A stretch of 64,000 bases of DNA from an uncultured Ignavibacteriales bacterium (GTDB taxonomy: Bacteria; Bacteroidota; Ignavibacteria; Ignavibacteriales; Ignavibacteriaceae). The DNA is taken from assembly GCA_963706055.1 (NCBI GenBank), contig CAVPND010000052.1, positions 10,712 to 74,711 of the forward strand, read 5' to 3'. Below are positions 48,201 to 57,062 of the stretch, piece by piece; positions within the stretch are counted from its first letter, which is position 1; each line of letters begins with the position of its first letter. The translations under genes were made by a program, and so were the position numbers. A model generated the notes under the pieces. The model had not been told where the DNA came from, did no database searches, and saw only the letters and a program-made list of their open reading frames with translations.

Positions 48201-49033
48201 ATTATGAGTTAAGATTTACTGGTGTATATACAGAAACCTCCCCTGGAATTTGGGAAGTTACCAGCGGCGGACAAATGGCAACTGTATTTAGAATGGTAAG
48301 TGCCGGTGCATTAGCGACACATCCATTAAATCCTTCGCCAGGCATAGCTCAGCCATTTATGGTAAGAGTTCCTTTTGAAGTATGGAATAAGGATACACAA
48401 CAACAGGTTAATCTTACCTTTAGAGATCGTCAACGTGATGGAACAGAGAGACCTTTCTACACTTGGAATCCAACAAACAGAATGTATGCTATACTTGTTA
48501 ATACACCATATGATTCTGTTAACGCAATACAAGTTGATGGCGGACCAGATGCATTAAATGCGCTTGCAACATGGGTACTTGTATTTTATGGAACAAACTA
48601 TACTCTAAATGATGTTGTTACTATATCTTATGATAACCCAATTCAAATTGGGGTAGATAAGTTCTCATTCAGCACTAAGGGAGTTTCTTTCTCTACTGAA
48701 CTTGCAAAGTCTCAGGTAGAAAAAATTAATGTATTCCCTAACCCATATTATGGTGTTAACACTGAAGAACTTAATAAATACAACAAGTTTGTTATATTTA
48801 GTCATCTACCAGCAAAAGCAACCATTAGAATCTTTAACCTTGCGGGTGTTCATGTAAGAACAATTCAAAAGGATAATGTTGATCAGTTCCAGAGATGGGA
48901 TCTTGCAAATGAATCGGGCTTACCGGTAGCCAGCGGTTTATATATAGCATATATAGATCTACCTGAACTCGGTGAGACAAAAATTCTTAAAATAGCAATA
49001 ATTCAGGAACAACAAATTCTTGATAGATTCTAA
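45236..49033 (+). CDS. 1265-aa secreted protein of unknown function with FN3-like segment and atypical sorting-domain-like C-terminus
   Basis: AGGAG 7 nt upstream. Signal peptide MSYRTIKYILVFVISIFFLAPGLRAEG. PPAPEVTVTALDREIILDWS..FQGYNIYQLP. Tail VFPNPYYG..ATIRIFNLAGVHVRTIQ..SGLYIAYIDL..KILKIAIIQEQQILDRF. Confidence 0.8.
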   Translation: MSYRTIKYILVFVISIFFLAPGLRAEGDKKEKNNNVLNKTNTYVALTSLNINNISTYFYNNGISDISAAGNSGLVYPKGSGKTAVFTSGLLWGARVAGDPDPRVGGTAYRTGLQPGKVLPDGTADDPNLDKYRVYRVRPDVYPGSDPNVDLSTEAALDGLSQSDVRTQYEADWNEWPVNMGAPFDDVNSNGTYEPTIDIPGVKGADQTIWYITNDLNSGKTTFLYGANPLGIECQITIWAYNQAGALGSMYFRKYKVINTTNRTANPTTFEDMYFSMWSDVDLGDAGDDYVGVDTTLSLQFCYNASATDATYNPLPPPAVGFDFFQGPLLDGVAGEDLNKNGIDDASDFGIFNNQRVGPGKINLPMTAAYYFANGDPNIGDPPQNDIDGSREFYNFFQGKFGVSGAPFIDLASGRQTTYALSGDPQARTGWLDGVQLPAGDRRQGSASGPFTMAPGDTQEVVVAEIVAGAIPGVDRLSALGLLKFYDAQAQVAYNNFFDLPTPPPAPEVTVTALDREIILDWSKNVTKVQETETFSRKGHNFQGYNIYQLPTASSQVTEGIRIATYDIVDQVGKISDLVFDVKTGSVIKYPVQFGNDTGIKRFISIKNDQVDGGVPLVNGIKYYFAVTAYSYNPDLDAVPNNLENPIAILTVIPQQPNPGITYGDGSGSSVTLTHTGTADGGPTVNIVDPAATTGHDYEVFFTQRDEIRNANGDWVPSGSPNRPEDMTGSSISIAGLYGPNPESGVELSFSLDLVSVTNAWCDGVTLTFPAGVTILNAPSFDAGGGTIVPVVTGNTITMGLVNGELTQDGIFHGGETWSVFISNPSLPLNVDWIIHDDGYTNPPGPIVNAVGTFTVTTIGSLARTAKYWNLRDVTTGITKLENQGVLGGKVIFPTRDDLTPAQLDPTTSADPIVDGFQIGTSVVYNAPINFSSERLTLSPDTSPTTLSSNSTTTNLDIQNYTIFGGTISSFAIDNFGVGTTDILELQQDYELRFTGVYTETSPGIWEVTSGGQMATVFRMVSAGALATHPLNPSPGIAQPFMVRVPFEVWNKDTQQQVNLTFRDRQRDGTERPFYTWNPTNRMYAILVNTPYDSVNAIQVDGGPDALNALATWVLVFYGTNYTLNDVVTISYDNPIQIGVDKFSFSTKGVSFSTELAKSQVEKINVFPNPYYGVNTEELNKYNKFVIFSHLPAKATIRIFNLAGVHVRTIQKDNVDQFQRWDLANESGLPVASGLYIAYIDLPELGETKILKIAIIQEQQILDRF

Positions 49034-49064
49034 TGAAATCAAGTTTAAAAGTATAGGAGTAAAA

Positions 49065-50096
49065 ATGAAAAATATATTTAGGTCATTAATAATAGTTCTT
49101 GCCCTCCTGCTTACACTTGATGTATATGCCGGAGGAGGTAATAGAACTGGCACAGGAGGAGCCGCACAGTTGCTCATCCCTGTTGGTCCGCGCGGTATAG
49201 CCATGGGCGAAGCTAATCTTGCAGTAGCTAACGGGATCGAATCAATATTCTGGAATCCCGCTGGTGTAGCTAATTTACAAAGTTCAACTGCCGTTATGTT
49301 CTCTCATATGTCTTACATTGCTGATATAGGAGTAGAGTACGGTGCAGTTGCAACTAATTTTGAAGGCTTTGGAGTTATTTCTCTAAGTCTTAAAAGTCTT
49401 TCAATTGGAGAGATATTAGTTACAACAACTTCTGATCCAGATGGATTAGGTGGAGCAAAATTTTCTCCACAAATGTTAACTGCAGGCTTAACATATTCAC
49501 GTCAATTAACAGAAAGAATATCAGTTGGTTTAACAGCAAACCTTATTACTGAAACTCTTGGTGATGTAAGTTCTACAGGGTTAGGTTTTAATGTTGGCGT
49601 TTTATACAATACTCTTGCTGATATCAAAGGATTAAGCATCGGTATTGCAATGAAAAACATTGGACCACAGATGCAGTATGATGGTTCTGGAATGTTAGTT
49701 CTATCAGAAGTAGCAGATCAGAGTCGTGCACCTCAATACACAAAAATTGAAGCAGCAAAATTTGATTTGCCTTCTTCATTTGAGTTAGGTGTTGGATACA
49801 AAGCAATGCTTGATGAAGACAATGCAATTCAGCTTGCAGGAGTATTCTTAAATAACAACTTCTCAGAAGATGAATACAAAGTTGGAGCTGAGTATGGTTT
49901 TAATAATCAATTCTTTGCTCGATTAGGTTATCAGTTTGCACCAGATTTAGAAAGTGATCAATATTTATATGGATTAACTGCTGGAGCTGGCGTTAATGTT
50001 AACTTAGAAGGAATAATGCTAAGAGTTGATTACGCTTACCGTACAACTCAATATTTTGATGGAAACCATGTGTTTGCTCTTTCTCTCGGTTTCTAA
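49065..50096 (+). CDS. PorV/PorQ-family outer-membrane barrel protein
   Basis: GGAG 6 nt before ATG 49065 (the track ORF starts at 49020, inside the upstream gene). MKNIFRSLIIVLALLLTLDVYA; GGAAQLLIPVGPRGIAMGEANLAVANGIESIFWNPAG. Ends ..HVFALSLGF. Confidence 0.75.
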   Translation: MKNIFRSLIIVLALLLTLDVYAGGGNRTGTGGAAQLLIPVGPRGIAMGEANLAVANGIESIFWNPAGVANLQSSTAVMFSHMSYIADIGVEYGAVATNFEGFGVISLSLKSLSIGEILVTTTSDPDGLGGAKFSPQMLTAGLTYSRQLTERISVGLTANLITETLGDVSSTGLGFNVGVLYNTLADIKGLSIGIAMKNIGPQMQYDGSGMLVLSEVADQSRAPQYTKIEAAKFDLPSSFELGVGYKAMLDEDNAIQLAGVFLNNNFSEDEYKVGAEYGFNNQFFARLGYQFAPDLESDQYLYGLTAGAGVNVNLEGIMLRVDYAYRTTQYFDGNHVFALSLGF

Positions 50097-50116
50097 GAAT
50101 TAGATCTATGTTTTAT

Positions 50117-50149
50117 AATCCGTACCGAGAAAATCGGTACGGATTTTTT
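50117..50149 (+). terminator. rho-independent terminator
   Basis: aatccgtaccga-gaaaa-tcggtacggatt (12-bp perfect stem) running into a T6 tract, 21 nt after the PorV-like stop. Confidence 0.8.
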
Positions 50150-50332
50150 ATTTTAAAAGAGTTATTCTTTTAATGATTTATTAAAGAGTGCAATAATAAA
50201 AGCTTAAGCTATCATTTATATAGACCGTCTATGTATATAGCAGTGTATTATTAAACTTGTTCTTGGATTTTTATGTTTCAGTTTTTATTATTAATCAAAT
50301 TATTTGTTAAACTATTAGGATTTGGAGATCCA

Positions 50333-52243
50333 ATGAAAAAACTAACTATTTTAGGATTGCTTATGCTTTTTGCATTGCCCATAATTGCCCAACAATCGGA
50401 TGTACCATTAATTCCAATGAAAGACTTTTTTAGAAATGTTGAAAAAAGAGGTTATCAAATTTCACCGGATGGAGATTACCTATCTTTCATGCAGCCTGTT
50501 AATGCGAGAATGAATGTCTTCGTTCAAAAAATTGGAGAAGAGAAAACCACACAGGTTACATTTGCAACCGAAAGAGATATAGCTGGTTATTTTTGGAAAG
50601 GCAATAATCGTATAATATATGTGCAAGATTCCAAAGGAGACGAAAACTATAGATTGTTTGCGGTTGATAGAGATGCAAAAAACCAAAAAGATCTAACACC
50701 ATTTGAAAAAGTTAGAGCGGGCATATTAGATGACCTTGAGGACATTCCCAATGAAATGCTCATTCAAATGAATAAAGACAATCCACAGGTATTTGATGTT
50801 TATAAAATCAATGTTAATACAGGTGAAATGAAAACAGTTGCTCAAAATCCCGGTAACATTACTGGCTGGCAAACAGACCATAATGGCAAACTAAGAATTG
50901 CAATTACAACCGATGGAGTTAATTCTACAGTTCTTTATCGAGATAATGAAGAGCAGGAATTTAAGCCTTTATTAACTACAACATTTAAAGAAACCTTTGC
51001 GCCACTGTTTTTTACATTTGATAATAAAAATCTGTATGTATCTTCAAACATTGGGAGAGACAAAGCTGCTATTGTAGAATATGATATTGCTAACAAAAAA
51101 GAAATAAAAGCACTTTATGAAAATCCCGATTATGATGTGAACAGATTAAGTTATTCAAGAAAGAGAAAAGTAATTGAATTTGCTAGTTATACTGCATGGA
51201 AACAAGAATATCATTTCTTCGATAAAGATACAAAAGATATTTATAATGATTTAAATTCTAAACTACCTGGAAAAGAAGTTGCAATAACCGGTGCTAATAA
51301 AAACGAAGATAAATATTTAGTTAGAACCTATAGTGACAAATCTCTTGGTGCTTATTATTTCTATGAAGTCAAATCAAAACAATTAACAAAACTTACAGAT
51401 ATTAGTCCGTGGCTTAATGAAAACGATCTTGCAGACCAGAAACCAATTACTTATAAAACCAGAGATGGTCTAACAATACATGGATATTTAACTCTTCCTA
51501 AAGGGGTTGATCCCAAAAATCTTCCGGTAGTAGTTAATCCGCACGGTGGTCCTTGGGCAAGAGATTCTTGGGGGTTTAATCCTGAAGTGCAGTTTCTTGC
51601 AAACAGAGGCTATGCAGTTCTTCAAATGAATTTTCGGGGTTCAACCGGATATGGAAGAGAATTCTGGGAAAAAAGTTTTAAGCAGTGGGGAAAGACAATG
51701 CAGGATGACATTTCTGATGGTGTTAAGTGGTTGATTAATGAAGGAATTGCTGATCCTAAACGCGTAGCCATTTATGGCGGGTCTTATGGAGGTTATGCAA
51801 CCTTGGCTGGATTAGCTTTTTCACCAGAGTTATATGCATGCGGTGTTGATTATGTAGGAGTTTCAAATCTTTTTACTTTCCAGAAATCTATTCCTCCATA
51901 TTGGGAGCCTTTTAAAGAAATGCTTTATGAGATGGTTGGGCATCCACAAAAAGATTCACTGTTGTTAAGAGATGCATCACCGGTTTTTCATGTTGATAAA
52001 ATAATAGCACCATTATTAATCGCTCAAGGAGCAAACGATCCAAGAGTAAATAAAGATGAATCAGATCAGATGGTTGAAGCATTAAAGAAAAAGGGAATTG
52101 ATGTCCCTTATATGGTAAAAGATAACGAAGGACATGGATTCAGAAACGAAGAAAACAGATTTGATTTTTATGGGGCAATGGAACAATTCTTTTTCAAACA
52201 TCTTGGTGGAAGAGCCGCCGAGTTGAAGGAAGAGGTAAATTAG
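50333..52243 (+). CDS. S9-family serine peptidase (prolyl oligopeptidase / dipeptidyl aminopeptidase type), secreted
   Basis: ATG 50333 gives MKKLTILGLLMLFALPIIAQ (the track starts at 50273). Catalytic IYGGSYGGYATL, GANDPRV, NEGHGF. Confidence 0.85.
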   Translation: MKKLTILGLLMLFALPIIAQQSDVPLIPMKDFFRNVEKRGYQISPDGDYLSFMQPVNARMNVFVQKIGEEKTTQVTFATERDIAGYFWKGNNRIIYVQDSKGDENYRLFAVDRDAKNQKDLTPFEKVRAGILDDLEDIPNEMLIQMNKDNPQVFDVYKINVNTGEMKTVAQNPGNITGWQTDHNGKLRIAITTDGVNSTVLYRDNEEQEFKPLLTTTFKETFAPLFFTFDNKNLYVSSNIGRDKAAIVEYDIANKKEIKALYENPDYDVNRLSYSRKRKVIEFASYTAWKQEYHFFDKDTKDIYNDLNSKLPGKEVAITGANKNEDKYLVRTYSDKSLGAYYFYEVKSKQLTKLTDISPWLNENDLADQKPITYKTRDGLTIHGYLTLPKGVDPKNLPVVVNPHGGPWARDSWGFNPEVQFLANRGYAVLQMNFRGSTGYGREFWEKSFKQWGKTMQDDISDGVKWLINEGIADPKRVAIYGGSYGGYATLAGLAFSPELYACGVDYVGVSNLFTFQKSIPPYWEPFKEMLYEMVGHPQKDSLLLRDASPVFHVDKIIAPLLIAQGANDPRVNKDESDQMVEALKKKGIDVPYMVKDNEGHGFRNEENRFDFYGAMEQFFFKHLGGRAAELKEEVN

Positions 52244-52254
52244 TTTTTACTTGA

Positions 52255-52311
52255 GTCATCACGAGCGAAGCGAAGTGATCTAACGGATTGCTTCACTTCG
52301 TTCGCAATGAC
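52255..52311. repeat. GC-rich imperfect palindromic element / bidirectional terminator
   Basis: gcgaagcgaagtga (52265-52278) pairs with tcacttcgttcgc (52293-52305) with one bulge; outer gtcat/atgac also pair. Lies between the convergent S9 peptidase and POT permease genes. Confidence 0.55.
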
Positions 52312-52331
52312 TTATCCTTTGTTTTCAATTC

Positions 52332-53681
52332 TTAATGTGCAGCCATCTTCAAATCTTTTTTCTGATAATACCAACGATAGAATAACAAAGCAATTCCTGA
52401 TGTTAAACCAATTCCGGCAAAATAGTACCAGACCATATATGCTTTATCATAAGCCGTTACAAGCTGCGCAGCAGTTAGTGTTAGTGGATCAGGAACATAA
52501 GCTGTTAGAAGATAGCCTGATATCCCAAATCCCAATATTGAAGACAAAAATGAGTGCAAATGGCTGAACCCTAGATACAATCCTTCTTCTCCCTTAGGAG
52601 CCTGCAAAGAAAAAAACTCAAGATACCGTGGGGAAATAAAACACTCGGCTAATCCTTGCACCACTATCCCTAATATTAGCATAACAGTAATTGGATGAGC
52701 AGTGAACAATCCAAATATTGAAACTGATTGACCGGTAAAAGATTCTAGCAAATTACTAGAAGCCATTAGAAGCGCTGAAATAGGCATTAAAAACATTCCA
52801 ACAGCCATTGAAGAAACTGCTTTTACTTTACGCATCAAATGTGTAATCATCATTACCATTGTCATTACAACAAATGGGTTAACGTTTGCAATCCATTCTG
52901 GTGAAGCATGTTCGCCTACAGTTCTTAAAACATATTTAGGCATTGTGGCATAAAGTTGATGTTGTATAATCCAAAATCCCGTAACGATAAAAATTAAAAG
53001 CAGCAATCTTACATTAGTAACTACTTTCACAAAACCTTTCCAGACTTCATCTAATGATTTACCTTCTCCGGCAGTGCTTACATTTTTATAAAAAAGAAAT
53101 ACCACAACAAGCGCTATAAAACTCATTAAAGCAGAAAAGAAATTAATAGATGTTAATCCCCATTCAATTCGAAGTGGGTATGCAAATGTTTTACCTAGAA
53201 ATGCACCAACATTTACTATTCCGTAAAATATTGAATAACCCTTTGCTCTGGTTTCTTTTGTGGTGGTAATAGCGACGGTACCTGTAATTATAGACTTAAT
53301 GAACGAACCGCCGAACATTATAACTATTAAAGAGGGAAGAACAACAGCCTTATACGGTAATGCACCGAGTGCAAAATATCCTATTGATAAAAGCGCAAAA
53401 GCAAGAATTACAGCATTTCTAAAGCCTATTTTATCAGCAAACGCACCGGTAAACGGAGGCAGAAAATAGAGACCTGCTGAAAATATGCCGCCAATCCAAG
53501 CTGCTTCTATATCATCAAAACCAACAATGCGGGAAAGGTAAAGTGTAATTGAAATGAATACTGCATAATATGCAGCCCGTTCAAATAGCTCAACAATATT
53601 GGCTGTCCAAAATGCGCGTGGAAATTTCCAGCTGGATTTTTGTGTTGTTGCAGAGTCACTGCCCAGACTTTGATTACTCAC
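52332..53681 (-). CDS. POT/PTR2-family di/tripeptide:proton symporter (MFS)
   Basis: 449 aa, about 12 TM helices. ANIVELFERAAYYAVFISITLYL matches the ExxERFxYY POT signature. Confidence 0.85.
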   Translation of the reverse strand: MSNQSLGSDSATTQKSSWKFPRAFWTANIVELFERAAYYAVFISITLYLSRIVGFDDIEAAWIGGIFSAGLYFLPPFTGAFADKIGFRNAVILAFALLSIGYFALGALPYKAVVLPSLIVIMFGGSFIKSIITGTVAITTTKETRAKGYSIFYGIVNVGAFLGKTFAYPLRIEWGLTSINFFSALMSFIALVVVFLFYKNVSTAGEGKSLDEVWKGFVKVVTNVRLLLLIFIVTGFWIIQHQLYATMPKYVLRTVGEHASPEWIANVNPFVVMTMVMMITHLMRKVKAVSSMAVGMFLMPISALLMASSNLLESFTGQSVSIFGLFTAHPITVMLILGIVVQGLAECFISPRYLEFFSLQAPKGEEGLYLGFSHLHSFLSSILGFGISGYLLTAYVPDPLTLTAAQLVTAYDKAYMVWYYFAGIGLTSGIALLFYRWYYQKKDLKMAAH

Positions 53682-53740
53682 AATTACCTCGATATTTTTT
53701 AAAATTTCGATTCAAAGATAGGCCGAAAAAATTTAGAAGG

Positions 53741-54283
53741 CTACTTTTCTTTTTTGATAAATTTCATTGCTCCGGAATTTATGCAGTAGCGTTTACCTGT
53801 TGGCGGTGGTCCGTCATCAAAAATATGCCCAAGATGTCCTTCGCATTTTTTGCAAATAACTTCTGTTCTTGTCATTCCAAAACTTTTGTCATCTTTGTAA
53901 ATGATTCTATTGCTGTCAATTGCTTCAAAGTAACTCGGCCAGCCACAGCCGGAATCAAACTTTGTGTTGGATTCAAATAAATCTGTACCGCAGGCAGCGC
54001 AAGTATATGTTCCTAATTCGTGATGATCCCAATATTTTCCGGTGAAGGCTCGTTCAGTTCCTTTTTCTCTCAAAATTCTATACTCTTCTGATGTAAGTTC
54101 TTTTTTCCATTCTTCATCTGACTTTATAATTTTATTCTCCATAATCTCTCCGTTTAGCTTTGTTGAATCTGGGTTTGAAATATTTTTTGCAGTGACAATT
54201 TTTTCTGAATTGATAGAGTTATCAATTTTCAATAAAAATCCTATAAAAAGAAAAACTAAAAAAAATATAATTATTTTTATCAT
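53741..54283 (-). CDS. msrB: peptide-methionine (R)-S-oxide reductase MsrB (start ambiguous: membrane-anchored 180 aa or cytoplasmic 133 aa from ATG 54142)
   Basis: [29 protein letters not shown] and [21 protein letters not shown]. The long form begins [21 protein letters not shown] 54142 has GGAG 7 nt upstream. Confidence 0.85.
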   Translation of the reverse strand: MIKIIIFFLVFLFIGFLLKIDNSINSEKIVTAKNISNPDSTKLNGEIMENKIIKSDEEWKKELTSEEYRILREKGTERAFTGKYWDHHELGTYTCAACGTDLFESNTKFDSGCGWPSYFEAIDSNRIIYKDDKSFGMTRTEVICKKCEGHLGHIFDDGPPPTGKRYCINSGAMKFIKKEK

Positions 54284-54424
54284 ATCATAATCCTATACTA
54301 TTTATCTTTACAAACAAAATACAACATATATTGGTTGCAGAATATTCCGTTAAAAAAAACTAATATCAACACAATAATTTTGCAAAAAATAAATCCCACA
54401 TAATTATAACCAAAAGGAAATGTC

Positions 54425-55054
54425 ATGGAATTAAAAGATGTCATTGAAAAGAGAGTTAGTATAAGGCAGTTTACAGATAAACAAGTTCCTAAAGAACATA
54501 TTAAAGAGATTGTAAGAAGAGCCGGACTAGCACCAAGTATAAATAACTCACAGCCTTGGATATTTACCGCGATTATAAATCAGGATATTATTCAAGAAAT
54601 GGGAAAAATAGTTCAGAAAAAAGTGCTGGAATATTTTCCGCATGAGAATGTAAAAGAAAAGATGGTTGCCCAAGCAAAGGTTTTAAGATTTTCCTCTTTT
54701 TTTATGGATGCACCAGTTTTAATAGCTGTTGAGATGTGCCCTTATCAAACGGTGATTGAAGAATTGTTGAAGGGGCGTGAATTAAATTTAGATGATGTAA
54801 ACAGACTTAGAAATTATCCTAATATACAATCAATAGGCGCCGCTGTAGAAAATTTAATCCTATCTGCTTTTGATCTTGGATATGGTGCTTGCTGGCTTTC
54901 TGGGCTTTTAATTGCACGTAACGAACTTGAAGAATTGCTCAAAATTAAATCTCCCAATACATTAGCAGCCTGTGTAGCCATTGGAAATCCAAGAGAATTT
55001 TTATCACAAAGAGAGAAAAAACCCCTTGAAGAATTCTTTAAAGTAATCGATTAA
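54425..55054 (+). CDS. nitroreductase-family protein
   Basis: 209 aa. IEKRVSIRQFTDKQVPKEHIKEIVRRAGLAPSINNSQPW...GACWLSG. Confidence 0.8.
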   Translation: MELKDVIEKRVSIRQFTDKQVPKEHIKEIVRRAGLAPSINNSQPWIFTAIINQDIIQEMGKIVQKKVLEYFPHENVKEKMVAQAKVLRFSSFFMDAPVLIAVEMCPYQTVIEELLKGRELNLDDVNRLRNYPNIQSIGAAVENLILSAFDLGYGACWLSGLLIARNELEELLKIKSPNTLAACVAIGNPREFLSQREKKPLEEFFKVID

Positions 55055-56366
55055 CTTTTTTAAGTGAAGAAAGTGTAGGCGGCACCAAATAACCACAAGC
55101 AGCCATTCTTCCAATCACAAAAGCTATTGTTGCTGCAACGGCCCCAACCAATGCAAAAAACTTTATACAAACCGCAACAACAATAATAATTCCAACAAAT
55201 TCAATTGCTGTTCCGTAAGTAATCTGCTTTGTTTCATTTGTTTTTACTAAAACAGCTCTCTGGAAACTAATTAGAACTGTAAATGCAGGAAAGAATGACA
55301 TTATCATCAAAGGAAGTCTGGCAAAATCAGTTAATGAATTAGACAAACCGGAAATATCTCTAAACCAGAATTCTGCAAGCGGAGTGAATGCAATTATCAT
55401 TAATGTTCCGGCAACAAACATTGCAAGTTTAACTGCAAATTTTTTCAACTGATTAAATCCGCTCATATCATCTTCAATCAAAGCAACAACAACCTCTTGA
55501 AATGATAAACCTAATCCTCTAAAAATAAATACGAATGAAGTTACCACTGGCATTACGGCAAATGATTCTAGCGGCATTCTGCTTTGCCCAATAAAAAAGG
55601 TAACAAATGGCTGTATGCCAAGCGTTAGTAATGAAGTAAGTGCGAGTGGATAATAAAATTTTATAATTTCTTTTATTGTTAATTCGCTTTGCGAGACATT
55701 CTCTTGTAATTTCAATTTTACTAGAAATTTTCTAACCATAAGTTTGCTCGCAATAGCTTCGCAGATTACCGCTGTAGATAAAGCGCTAGCACCAACAACT
55801 ACTCCCGGAACATCCGAAAATTTATATAAGATAAACGCGGTAATTGACATTGAAACTAATCTGATGATTGTTCCGTAGGCGACTAAGCGAGTTAGATTAT
55901 TTCGAATTAAAATTCCCTGATAAAATCTTCTGTATCCAATTGCACCAGGCCAGGGAATTAAAATCATTACTGCAAGATGAGTTAGATAAGAAACTTCACG
56001 CGGTAAACCAATTAAGTCTTCGGTAACGAAATAAAAAATAGGGGGCAAGATAAAAACAATCATCGCAGCAGTAAGCGATAGACTTAATATGTAATTAAAT
56101 TTTCTTAGCTGTTTAAATGATTGATAATCTTTGACAAGTGCTGTTGATGCACTCATCATCATTATTACAGGAGCTTCAATAATCAGCGCTAGTGAAAAGG
56201 CTATTCCATAAGCAGCAAGATTAAATTTTGGTTCGGCTAACCTTGCTATTAATGCAGAAAGATAAGGTCCTTCCAGTGACATCATTAACCATGTTGCGGC
56301 TAATGGTATCCAGAATGCAAGTATTGATTTTTGTGTAAGTTGATGTTTTGAGTTCAAATCATTCAA
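55038..56366 (-). CDS. MOP-superfamily (MATE/flippase-like) membrane protein
   Basis: 442 aa, about 12 TM helices. Overlaps the nitroreductase 3-prime end by 17 nt (convergent). Confidence 0.6.
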   Translation of the reverse strand: MNDLNSKHQLTQKSILAFWIPLAATWLMMSLEGPYLSALIARLAEPKFNLAAYGIAFSLALIIEAPVIMMMSASTALVKDYQSFKQLRKFNYILSLSLTAAMIVFILPPIFYFVTEDLIGLPREVSYLTHLAVMILIPWPGAIGYRRFYQGILIRNNLTRLVAYGTIIRLVSMSITAFILYKFSDVPGVVVGASALSTAVICEAIASKLMVRKFLVKLKLQENVSQSELTIKEIIKFYYPLALTSLLTLGIQPFVTFFIGQSRMPLESFAVMPVVTSFVFIFRGLGLSFQEVVVALIEDDMSGFNQLKKFAVKLAMFVAGTLMIIAFTPLAEFWFRDISGLSNSLTDFARLPLMIMSFFPAFTVLISFQRAVLVKTNETKQITYGTAIEFVGIIIVVAVCIKFFALVGAVAATIAFVIGRMAACGYLVPPTLSSLKKVNRLL

Positions 56367-56466
56367 ATAAATTTTATGATCAAACTTAAATATTATTTAT
56401 CTAACCTTGGATATTTATTGTTAAATTAATATCGGGATTTGATATTTTTATTTACAGGAGAGAGTT

Positions 56467-57054
56467 ATGAAAAAAATCATTTCACTATCAGTATTACTTT
56501 TCAGTTTAATGCTCTGTATTGGCTGTGCAGAAAAACAAAAAACGCAGCTCACCGAAAATATAAAATCAGGATTAAGAAAAGATGCGAAGGAATTTATGAA
56601 TTCCCTAAAATCGATTTTAATCAAGGAGATGCAGACAAACGGTGTAACTACTGCAGTTTCAGTATGTTCCGATACTGCTCAACTTTTAACTGTAAATTAT
56701 GGATTGAGTAAAGGTATTTACATCAAACGGGTTTCGTTTAAGAATAGAAATCCAAACAATATACCGGATGGATTTGAAACAAAGGTTCTTAAATCATTTG
56801 AAATTTTAAGTTCTCAGGGAAAAATGAATGACACAACGGAATATTTTGAGATTATAGAGGAGAATGGGGTAACGAATGTAAGATATATGAAACCGATACT
56901 AATTCAAGCACCATGTTTAAGTTGCCACGGTACAAATGAAAATATTGGCATGGATGTGAAAATCATTCTAACTAAAAATTATCCGGATGATAAAGCCATA
57001 GGATATCAGTTGGATGATCTTCGGGGGGCAGTTTCAATTCAGAAAACTTTATAG
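56467..57054 (+). CDS. DUF3365 (Tll0287-like) c-type haem domain protein, lipoprotein-like
   Basis: 195 aa. GGAGAG upstream. LLFSLMLCIGC lipobox. Single CxxCH (APCLSCHG) near the C-terminus. Confidence 0.7.
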   Translation: MKKIISLSVLLFSLMLCIGCAEKQKTQLTENIKSGLRKDAKEFMNSLKSILIKEMQTNGVTTAVSVCSDTAQLLTVNYGLSKGIYIKRVSFKNRNPNNIPDGFETKVLKSFEILSSQGKMNDTTEYFEIIEENGVTNVRYMKPILIQAPCLSCHGTNENIGMDVKIILTKNYPDDKAIGYQLDDLRGAVSIQKTL

Positions 57055-57062
57055 GAAAAAAA

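Noticed and set aside
53570-53980. 136-aa plus-strand ORF bridging the POT permease and msrB
   Set aside because: It is antisense to two recognisable genes and the spacer between them, with no supporting motif.
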